A DNA stretch of 64,000 bases, taken from the NCBI GenBank assembly GCA_964106645.2, contig OZ067039.1; one strand, 5' to 3'. Both the position numbers and the translations under genes were made by a program. The notes under the pieces were generated by a model that saw only the letters and a list, made by a program, of their open reading frames with translations, searched no databases and was not told where the DNA came from. Positions 51,275-62,021 of the stretch are shown here, piece after piece. This stretch comes from Podarcis pityusensis (Eukaryota). Every line of letters begins with the position of its first letter. Within the stretch, counting starts at the first letter, position 1.

Positions 51275-51299
51275 TTTATTTATTATTTTAGCATTTATT
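51275..51299 (-). terminator. Probable HoxC5 polyadenylation signals
   Basis: First minus-strand AATAAA hexamers seen downstream of the HoxC5 stop (an ATTAAA lies at 51583-51588). Confidence 0.45.
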
Positions 51300-51907
51300 C
51301 AATATGACAAAATATACTGTATATGTTCCATGGCCTTTCACATATGATATTACAACCAATAAATATATGGAATACAACATCGGGGAGAAGGAAGGGGGAG
51401 GTGAATAAAAAGGGCTACATGTAAACAAAAAGTATACATTTGTATAAGAGTTCAGCGTTGTTCTTATCGTTATTATTATTTTGCAAAGCTACATTAATTA
51501 CGCAACCAATAAATACACAGGAATATTTAAGTCGGGAGAATTCACGCACACACATTCTTACCAGCCCCCACCCCAAGAGTGCTTTAATGTTTTTGCACAA
51601 ATATCTCCTAGGAGAGATGGTCAAGCAGATTCGTTCATAGTCCATTCGCTTTTCATTCATATGCAAATAATACAAAAATAAGTCAACGGAGAGGAGGGGG
51701 GTTGAATAATAAAATGAAACAACCCCACCCCAGAAGGACACACCTCACAGCGAGCATTTTTTTTTAAAAAAAAACCCCAAAACAAAACACAATAACAAAT
51801 CACCCCCCCCCCACACACGTTTCAGGTTAAGTGCATCTAGGGAACTACATTGTGTGGAAACTCACCATCCACACCAGAAGTAAACATTCTCACACACCTA
51901 GATCGTG

Positions 51908-52085
51908 CAGCCCGATCCTATGCACGTTTACTCGGAAGGAAGTCCCCCCACGTTCAGTGGGACTGGTTGAGAAATAAGTGCTCACAACAGGTTTGTCGCC
52001 CGTCCCCCGCGTTGGACACAGAGGTAAACTCCACGCCTTTCACAACGGGATTTACTTCCAAGCCTGACGTTTAAGGATCGGGGCC
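51908..52085. mobile_element. Pair of palindromic MITE-like elements in probable HoxC5 3' UTR
   Basis: GCCCGATCCTATGCACGTTTACTCGGAAG... and ...GGGATTTACTTCCAAG...AGGATCGGGG; the outer ends are inverted. Confidence 0.65.
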
Positions 52086-52583
52086 TCGGGACTTTCCAAA
52101 AGTCCTGAGGAGCCCCTCTTTTATGCATAACTTGGACTTGGGTTTCCTAAGCATATTATTCTGATCTTCAGCGTAATCTTTTATAGACAGAGATATAGGT
52201 TTTAGATAAAAGGACCTCTCAAATGTCGCCCATTGGCTTGGTTTTCATTTGACCGACATATTTCCTCCCAATTTAAGGGGACACAGGTTAGAGTGGTGTG
52301 GTGGAAAACAAAACAAAACCCACCAACCCTCCAGCGAGCTGTACACTGAATTCTAGCTGAAAAGCTAAAGGGTCTGTTTGCATACTAATAAGAGAACGCC
52401 TTTGTCTGATAGATTTGTTAGAGTATGTAGTTCAGTCCAGTCTGCGACCCTTCCCCCCCACCCGCCCTTTTCCTCTCCCCACCTCCCAAAGAAAACTTTT
52501 CTCAAGGTAGGCTACAACAACAACAGCAACTCTTGTCAATGTGAACTGACTCTCCCCGCCCAACCCTTGGCCCGGATTTCTAC

Positions 52584-52798
52584 CTAGAGAGACTCTTTGC
52601 TTTTCAATTTGGAATCTTTCTTCCATTTCATCCTCCGGTTTTGAAACCATATTTTGATTTGCCTCTCATTCAAACATAGGTTGTTGGCGATCTCTATGCG
52701 CCTCCGGCGGGTGAGATATCTGTTAAAATGAAATTCTTTCTCTAGTTCCAGAGTTTGGTAGCGAGTGTAGCTGGTTCTGGAACGTTTGCCATCTGCTT
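52584..52798 (-). CDS. HOXC5: Homeobox protein Hox-C5, coding exon 2 (homeodomain)
   Basis: Not in the ORF track; read by hand. Acceptor CAG|AA, then (E)[70 protein letters not shown]. Spliced CDS is 747 bp (248 aa). Confidence 0.97.
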
Positions 52799-53309
52799 CT
52801 GGAAGACAAAAGACATCGGATAAAAAAACCGCTAAAATAATAATAATAATAATAATTATAGAAGAAGAAGAAAAAGAAGGGAATAGGAAAGGAAAAGGTA
52901 TTAAAGGGGGGGGGGCGAGAGAGATTTCTTGGTTCTACCCAGAATACATTTTTAATATATTTAATAGAGGAGGGGCATTTTCCAACACTTTCTCATTAAA
53001 GTTTTGGGTTCAAGCTAAGGTTAGTCCCTAATGAAGTGTTCTCCCTTTAAACCACGAAGAAGTGTATCTATAAGAAGGGGGGGGGGGAATAGATCAAGCC
53101 GCCCATTTCCCTAGGTTAGGAAAGAGGCAAAACTTCTGACTTTATGGAATGATGTGGTAAGGTCTGAAAAAACTCCTAAGCCCCTCTCTCCTTCCTCTTA
53201 AAGAACGCGAGCCTTTCCAAGTTATTTCTCCCCCTTAAAAAAATTCTTCCCTTCTTTCCCCCCCCAACAAAAAAATGGAATATTGCCTTTATACCCGTTT
53301 TGTTTCTAT

Positions 53310-53460
53310 GATCCAATTATGCCGTCATAAATTTGGGCGTATATCGCCTCTAAGCCTTTTAGTGGACAGTTTTACGAGCAATTGATGCCTTAGTCGTAAA
53401 ATTTACGACCCCAGGTTTTTTCCCCCTTATTATTTGCCCCGTATGGCCTATAAAACCAAG
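53310..53460. promoter_or_regulatory. Hox/Cdx site cluster in HoxC5 intron
   Basis: GTCATAAA, TTTTACGA, GTCGTAAA-A-TTTACGAC and CTATAAAA just inside the donor end of the intron. Confidence 0.6.
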
Positions 53461-53499
53461 GCAAATCCTGTGAAACAAAATCGAGAAGCGAAAGTTTAC

Positions 53500-53543
53500 C
53501 GTGGCTCATGTGTAGTTTGGTCATCCACGGATAAATTTGTGGT

Positions 53544-53579
<36 letters not shown>

Positions 53580-54031
53580 TGGTGGTGCTGCTGTTGGTGC
53601 ATGGACTGCCCGCTTTGCTGAGCTGTTTGCACCGGTTCACTCTTGATTTCCCCACTGCTCTTAGATCTATCTTCCAACGGCGTACTGTTGTTGTTGCTGC
53701 TGGTGGCTGTGGTGGTGCCACAAGCTTTCTGACTGTAAATTCCTGGGTTTAGAGAGGTCTGGTCGTCTCTGCCTAAAGTGTGCCCTGCAGATCCCATGAC
53801 TGTACAGGAAGGTCGGTCGGGGTTAGGTCTGGGGGTTGAAGACATGTCCACACCGTTCAGAGAGTTGGAAGCCCCAGATGAAGGGAATGTAATGCTCAGA
53901 TCCAGCCCACTGTAGCAATACCTGGAAGGCTGAACCTCAGACACAGATCCATAATTCCCATAACTTTGCATGGAATAGGCAGGAACATTTTGATTTTGCT
54001 TATAGAACGAATTGGCTACGTAGGAACTCAT
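53500..54031 (-). CDS. HOXC5: Homeobox protein Hox-C5, coding exon 1 (532 bp)
   Basis: MSSYVANSFYKQ...PQIYPWMTKLHMSH has the HoxC5-type N-terminus and hexapeptide. Phase-1 donor G|GTAAAC at 53500/53499. Confidence 0.97.
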
Positions 54032-54057
54032 GTCAGGAATTATATTTTTTTTTCCTC

Positions 54058-54094
<37 letters not shown>

Positions 54095-54234
54095 TCTCTC
54101 TCCCTCTCACACCCCTTTGATTAGGCTTGATTTGTGGCCCTTTTGAAGTTCAGGGTTTTTTGTTCTCTAAAGTGCAGAATTTATAGGTGGAGATTCTTCT
54201 TTTCTTTATTCTATGTGCGCTGCCCAAATATGGG

Positions 54235-54450
54235 ATGTTTAAATAGAATCACGTGACGGTGTTGGCCAGTCATAAATTTGGCTTGATGACCCCAGGAGGT
54301 TATTGATGGAAGCCCGAGAAACGTATGTGATATGTTGGCATAACGAAACAAAAAAAAAAAAAAAAAGGCCCCACACTCAAAACACCGAGACAATGAGACT
54401 ATAGCGTCACCTGGTGCTGGGTCTGGGGTATGACGTCTCGTAAAATACTA
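54235..54450 (-). promoter_or_regulatory. HoxC5 promoter region
   Basis: TCACGTGA E-box, GTCATAAA, and CRE-like TGACGTC adjacent to TCGTAAAA, 200-400 bp upstream of the ATG. Confidence 0.55.
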
Positions 54451-57367
54451 CCCTTCCCTAACGCTCGAGGCTTATGGGTGTGAAACAACTCGCACAAACA
54501 GCCCCTAAGCCTTCGTTGGGATGGAAGACAAGAGCTAATTTCCCGTCCACAGCGATTCATATGAAATTTTCAGCCCTTGATGTGGGGTGGTGTAAAATAT
54601 GGCCTTGGGGCGCGTCCTCGTGTAAAAACATTTCCTTCTGTGTAGGCCGGATATTCCGTGTTGTATGCACATGTGTGTGCGCGCCCGCGCAGCAGCCTTA
54701 TATGAGCCTGTTCGCTTGATTCAGTGTAAACAGACGCATATTCTCAATTAATGCAATCGAGATTGCATCTGCACTGAGTGCAACCAGGGAGACAAGTCCT
54801 GGATTCGAATTCCCTTGGTTAGCGTTACTCGGTACACCAGAGAATACATATGTAGGTGTAAGTGGGATATGCTGCAGGAAGTAAAGTCAGTGTGCTCTGT
54901 ACGCTTTATGCTTTATGCACATGCATACATTGCATTGTTGACATGGATGCATATATAACTGGTCGCATGGAACTGCTTTTATGACTAGGCGCGTGCAACA
55001 GATTGAAACCTACGTTGTGTTAATCTTCTGTTCTTTGTATATCTCTCTGTATAAGTGGAGTGCAGTATCTTTGGGAGTTGGGGTGTGTGTGTGTTCACTG
55101 GAGGTTATGAATCAACGCAGCCTCCCCATAAATCAGCTTTGTACCTTGGGCGAATGAATAAACATTCACCTTGTTTTTTGGTGTCTGTATGTCTGTATGT
55201 CTGTGGGCACGTGAGACGCCTCTTTAAAAAGCTTGGAAAGGGGGATATCAGGCAGGTGAAGGTATGTGCCAAGGCTCCCCTTCCTCACTGCAAATTCCTG
55301 CTTGCAAACATGAGGGTGGATCTGCCGGTTTCTCTTGAGAAATATATTCCCTTCCGCCGGGGTGTTTAGCGAAACAGTTGGAAACAGAGAAGATTTTCCT
55401 TCCCACTTATTAAACTTTTTTAAAGAATAGGATAAAATAAATAACATTGGAATACCTATGTGAGTTATAAATATATCATTTCATCTTTTTACCACCTCAG
55501 TTTTACGTGGTCTTTTTTGGGGGGGCAGCTTTAACATAAAACATAAACTTTTAATTTCAGTGGCCCTTTTAAAAGTCCTTATATTACCCTTCACTTATGT
55601 TTGGTACTTATTTTAATGTTAAGCTCAATTATGGCAGAGGGACATTTGGAAATACGGGAGCAAATCTCTTAAATATTGTTACCTGCATTCCCGTCCTCTA
55701 TGTTGCATATATTTGCATTTGAAATTTATATGATCTCTCTACTTACTACATGTGCTAGGCTTTTGTGGCATATCTAAAGAGAGTGTTCTTAAAGCCTTCC
55801 AAATTTTACGGACAAGCGGGGGTAAGGAATCGTCTTGTTGGGGGGTTGCTGGTATTTTCTTTTGTTTAACCGGAACCTGATAGTTTAGTGCAAAATGTTC
55901 AAAGAGTAGCAAAGGTTCCCAAGGCAGTGAATGCCTCCAGAAGACAGGATTACTTTCTCGAACGTTTGTACCTGGTTGAAAAGATGCCTCTGAGCTAAAC
56001 ATAAAAGCAGAGGGCAATTCCTGAGCCTAAGCCACAATGTAATGTTGATGTGCTCACTGCAAACTAGGCTATTGTCAATCGCGCCTTTGCGCCTTCTAAG
56101 CGTCTGCAATAAAACATAAAAATATTTCTGCCCACTACTCTGCTACCTCGAAATAAATATATCTAGAGAGGGGTGTCCTGGGAGTCTAGTTTCCATTGGC
56201 AGCTTTAATTTAAGAATAAATAAATAAATGCATTTGTTTTTAAGCAATTATTTGGCCTCGAGAATTAGGGAATAAAATGTCTGAGCTTTTAACACTCTGA
56301 GAGTTGGGGTTTCATGCAGTTTTCAGGGATGAAAGCGCGAAATGAAACGCAGCAAGATGGGCTATAGATATTCATTATATATATATTTATATATATACTT
56401 AAGGATACCTAACTGGAAGTAAATTATATCCGCCCACCATCCTGTTTACTTCCGACTAAATATGCCGAGAGTCGTGCTGACAGGCGATCATGAATACTGG
56501 CATCTAAAAATGGAGCATTCTCGCGCACGGAACCCGTGGTGGCTGATGCAAAACTCTTTCACCTGAGATCTTCCCCCAACTGAATTTCAGAAACCATTCA
56601 AGTAACTTTTAAAAATAATATCCAGTTTTTATTAAATACTCAACCATAGTCCTCTGGACGTGACCTTTATACATGATGTTAGAGAGTGTAACACAAGATT
56701 TATTTATTTATTTCCTCCTACTTGCTATAGAATTCCATTCACGTTTATACTGCTTGAACATTACAGTACTAAACATAAATATAAATACAGAGACCACAAA
56801 TACAGCTAAAAATATTCACACAGAAACTGTCACAGTTTGTAGAATGCATAATGACCTCAGGTAGTGTTTAAATACAATTAGTTTACTCTGGAAAATGCTA
56901 TATTTAGGTAGACATAGCTTGGAGGTGTGGGAGAAGGTGGGCATGGAAGGAAATATTTTCACAGGGGTAGGCAATTCAATCCCCCCCCCCCCACTTACAT
57001 CACTGCCACCACCACAATAATTATCATCGTTTTGGAAGCGAAACTGCATAGAGTGCCTTTTTGACATGGTTGATAACGCAACCCAAAGCAGCCCCTACAG
57101 GGGAATCTGCCTTTTTGCAAGCAAAACTATTCTGTCTAGGGAAGTGGAGAAGGAATGGCGGGTGGTGGTGGTAGTAGTGGTGGAGGGGTTTGCATTAAAT
57201 ACAGTCTTTATGCAAAGGTAGATAGCTGGGCTCGGATGCAAAGGCAGGGGGGGTTGGTGAGGTTGGAGGGGGGGCTTGATGAGCTCCTTAGGAAGAAAGT
57301 TATGAAAGTGGGTGCATCACTGCTGGAGAGATGGAGGAGATGGGGGAGGGGAGGTCTCCCACGTCCA

Positions 57368-57369
<2 letters not shown>

Positions 57370-57409
<40 letters not shown>
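57370..57409. repeat. (CT)n / (AG)n microsatellite in HoxC6 3' UTR
   Basis: Direct reading, ~180 bp after the stop. Confidence 0.9.
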
Positions 57410-57412
<3 letters not shown>

Positions 57413-57588
57413 CAACCAAATGTATAGATTGTGCCAGTGGTAACAGAGAATGGAAAGGAGAAACTGGGAGTGGGGGGCGAGAGAGAAAGAGACCGAGAGA
57501 CCGAGAAAGAAGAGGAAGAGGGACCGTGTGCGAATGTCTGTGTGTGTGTTGGGGAAGGGAGAGGGATCTGGCAGCACCGTCAGTGTTT

Positions 57589-57933
<345 letters not shown>

Positions 57934-58634
57934 TTAGTTAACAGATTTGAAAATAAAATGCTTAAATAAAAGAAAACAGACACACAACGAAGCCCGTCAG
58001 CCAGGCTTTCCCCAACCCCACCCTCCACACTCAGTCTTCATTGTCATCCACCGACCAACTCCCCCCCCCCCAACCCACTGCACAATTTAATTCTGTGCCT
58101 TAGTCTTACTACCCATTAAAATCATGCAGCACACATGGAGGATTGGGGGGGTGTCTAATTGAAAGCATGTTCCTATCTTATTTGCAAAGATTCAGAATGT
58201 GTTGTTTTAATTATTTCTGCAAACTTGAAAAAAAAATCCAATTAGATTTTACTCCAATGCTGCTTTAATTACTAGGAATAGACACTCCTTCCATATATTA
58301 TGAAGTCAAGCTACTTCATAAATCCCCCAGCTGTTATTGGACCTGTTATTGGACAAGACACTTTGCAATTTTTTTGCCTTAATAAAAATGCCCTATCTCA
58401 CCTATCAGGGAAAATACATTTTTTTAAAAAAAAATCAAAAACACATCACTTCTATTCTACACCTTATTTCCACCACCCCCTCCAAGGGAAAAAAAATCAG
58501 AGCTGATTGCACTTTATTATAGATATTTTACACTCTCGAAGTCTTTTAATTAGAAAGAGCATAACAAGCCATATTCGCTTGCAACAACTTAACAAATAAA
58601 AGGCCTGTAGCGGCAACTGTGAGGAAGCTATATT

Positions 58635-58700
58635 ATTGTTTTTATGGGGCCATAAAAAGTAGCTGAGCCTGTTCTGCTAGGGAGACGGTCGTAAAGATGG
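58635..58700. promoter_or_regulatory. Hox/Cdx site cluster in HoxC6 intron
   Basis: TTTTTATGG-GG-CCATAAAAA inverted pair plus GTCGTAAA. Confidence 0.6.
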
Positions 58701-58741
58701 TTCAGTTTATTTAATTTATCTCTGCAAGCTGTAAAACTTAC

Positions 58742-59141
58742 CACTGTGGGAGTTCATGCGCTGCATCCACGGGTATATTTGAATGCTAGTTTTCTGTTCC
58801 TGGGATGTGCTCCTGTTTTGGTCACTTGTAAAATCCTGTGCAATGGAAGTTTGTGTATTGTGTCCCATAGAATTTTGCCTGCAGCTAGAGAGCATGTCTT
58901 TTTCTTGATAAAAGGCATTAGATCCGTAATCATATGGTCCCCGACTGGAGCTAAACACAACATTATCTTGCGGTGAATAAAAAGGAGATGAATAGATCCT
59001 GTTTTGAGCAACCGCTGCTCCATAAGTTGAAAAATGCCTTACAGGGTCATAAGCAGAGGAATTGATCGCCACGTTGGGCAGGACCTCTTGACCACTGGTG
59101 AGGTGGCAAGACAACGACGGGTTTGTGAAATAGGAATTCAT
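58742..59141 (-). CDS. HOXC6: Homeobox protein Hox-C6, coding exon 1 (400 bp)
   Basis: Translation [14 protein letters not shown]...[14 protein letters not shown] has the Hox6 N-terminus and hexapeptide. Phase-1 donor G|GTAAGT at 58742/58741. Confidence 0.97.
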
Positions 59142-59469
59142 ATCTTCCCCCCTATACCTGGCTTGTATGATTTCTTTAATATTTATTTCTGTCTCCAGTT
59201 TGTAGTCTGAACTAGATTGTTATAGGGACGGCTCCACTCCAGGACAGACAAAATGACAAAGTCAGCTGACCCGTTGTGAGCCAATAGGAAGCTAGATGTC
59301 AAGACACGGAAAAATTGCTTTTGCTTGTGTTGATTCCCCAGTTGAAACTAAGTATGCATTGAAAGTAAGTCTCGAAATTCTAAATATAAGATGGTTTGGA
59401 AGAAGAGGGGGGAAATAGTAAGTATGGTTCGGGGGAGGGAGTGGGAGAGGGATGAAGAGGGAGGGGCAC

Positions 59470-59540
<71 letters not shown>
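59470..59540. repeat. (GAAA)n microsatellite upstream of HoxC6
   Basis: Direct reading. Confidence 0.95.
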
Positions 59541-61310
59541 CTTCTTCTTTAAATTTCACAACCCAAATAGAGCTTTAGGTGATTTTTTTATAAAAAAAAA
59601 AGAAAAGGCAAATGGTTATGGAGATCAGGAATCAGGATATTTATTCTATTGAAAATGCTTCCTTAATACCTAGCAACCAAATAGCTCAGAAATTATAGTC
59701 ATAAATCTCAAGTGTGCATAAAATATTAAACCATAAATTTTCTTTTCCTCCACTAATTTACTGTTGGTCAATAAATGTGGAATCAAGTGCTTGTGCTCTT
59801 TATAATACAATCTTGAAAGCAAGGAGAGGAGACCAGGTGACAGCTGGGCAGATACTGTATCTTTTAGAGCATTCCTGTACTCTGGAATTTGAAGAACTTT
59901 CCAGGATGGTGGGTTGTTGCTATATATATATATATAATCAAAATTCAGAGTCCAGGTTAGAATTAAAAAGAAGCAGCAGCAGCAGCATATTTGTATGTTT
60001 CTCTATTGAATATTTGCTTTGTCATTTTTCAGAGCTGGAGACTGCTATGGCAATGTTTACATTTGCAATATCAACATCCCCCCAAAGCATTACCTTTGCA
60101 TTTGGAATGGTGTTTGCTAGAAAGAGCCCCTCGTGTTTACGTTTGCAAAAACAGAAAGAGGTAGAGAAAGGAAGAAAGAAATTTACGACTCCAGATATTT
60201 GTAGCTGATTGGAAAACTTCCCTTGAAATATTTAGTTAGATTAGAGAGTGGATTACATTCTACTCCTCTGGTGGATTTGCACCGACACACTAATTGAAAT
60301 GAAGACAGCTAATCTAATTTTAATTTCAATCCAGTGCCATAAATTGTTCCTTAAAAGTAAAATATACCTGCTGATCTGTAAATATAGCAAGACTCCTACA
60401 TCATTCCATTGGCTTGCTATTTAAAAATTCAATTAGGACTAAGAAACACTGGCCTTATTTCCATGGGCATGTTAGGAAGCTTTTGTTTAGTGATTTTAAA
60501 GGTAGAACCAGTCGATTTTCTGGAAAGCTTGGAATATTTCTCATTGTGTTTGGTCGTAATGAATCAATACTTCTAACATTCCTCTTTTGGATGAAGGTTT
60601 TAGTTGAGAAAGAAGGGGACTACATACCCCCCCTACACACACACACCCCTGCTTTAAGTGGAACCCGGATGCCAAAGGATTTTATGATCTTTTTCCTCTG
60701 TGCAACAAAGCAAAGTAATCAATGGTAGTAATAAAACCATAAACGAGACTGCAACTGACAAAAAGAGGGCTGAAGTATTCATCTTGTATAACGTTAAGCG
60801 TTCCTTGAGTGTCAGTATGGGGAAAAAATAAAGTTTCTTTAAAAAAATAAATCAGGGAACATAAAAAGAAAGCAAAAGAGTGGGTAGCTTGTTATTAAGC
60901 TTCTAGCCTGCATCCCTCCCTATTAAATGGACATGGCTTTTCCATCCTACAGCAGTTCTCATCCCAACGTGTACACATTTAAGGCTGGTACGCATGACAA
61001 ATTTACTAGCATGCCGATTTTGAAAATAGTATTTGCTTTCCTGAGGCTTCCCAGCTATTTAGCACATTACACCGGATAATCCATAGGCAGAGAAATACAA
61101 TCACTAGGAGAATGGGAGAGGGAAGAAAAGGGCCCAAACATTACCCCACTACACACACACACTTAGAGATATACATAACAATGCAACCAATGTGTCTGTA
61201 CGTGTAGGTAGGTTGGTAGGTCAGTAGATAAACAGAGACAGGCAGACAAGCAGAGCTCAGTGAAGCTCATGGTAACTGCAAGCAATTAATATCACTAGTT
61301 TTCAAAGTCA

Positions 61311-61346
<36 letters not shown>

Positions 61347-61983
61347 GTTTCCATGCACAATCAATCTGAACTGATAGAAGGTAGATATTTTCCTTTCTCC
61401 TTTAATGGGAGTTAGATAATACACACAAACACAGAGAGACTCCTCCCCCCCTCGTGTGTTTGTGTTTAGATTGGATAGTATCTTAAAAAATACTTCAGTG
61501 TAGATTAAGACTACATTAAAAGTAATAGAACTTCAAGGTGTGTGGGAATGAGAAAGAGAAAAAGAAAAAGACCGTCTTTCTTGGTAGGTTCGATTCACCA
61601 AAAGTATATTCATTGTTCTAGTGTTATAATAATCCTTATCTCAGACCCTTAAAATTTCTGGGATGGTTGCAAATGCAAAGGGGCTGGGGTTTGGAGGGGT
61701 GGCCTTGCAGAAGTCCTAGAGAGCTGTTTTGGAGGGATCTGGTGAGTACCAAGTGATTTCGAGTGGAGAAAGTGAAGTGTTTTATTACTTTTCTAAACAG
61801 AAGAGAAGACCTAGAAGTCTGGTCGAATTATAGGGAAAAGAAAACAGCTGGCGCGAAGAAACCCAACATAGAACCTTTCTTAAGTGTTGGTTGGATTGGG
61901 AGAAAGAAGACGCTGGAAAATTTGTATATATACTAGACTCAGCGTTCTAGTAGTTACATTCCTAATATTTTAGTGTTACATAC

Positions 61984-62021
<38 letters not shown>

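Noticed and set aside
7150-52085. CRISPR-like or other prokaryotic repeat system
   Set aside because: The palindromes are dispersed and diverged, not regularly spaced; the context is a vertebrate Hox cluster.
52799-53499. miR-615 in HoxC5 intron
   Set aside because: Eutherian-specific; no matching GC-rich hairpin seen.
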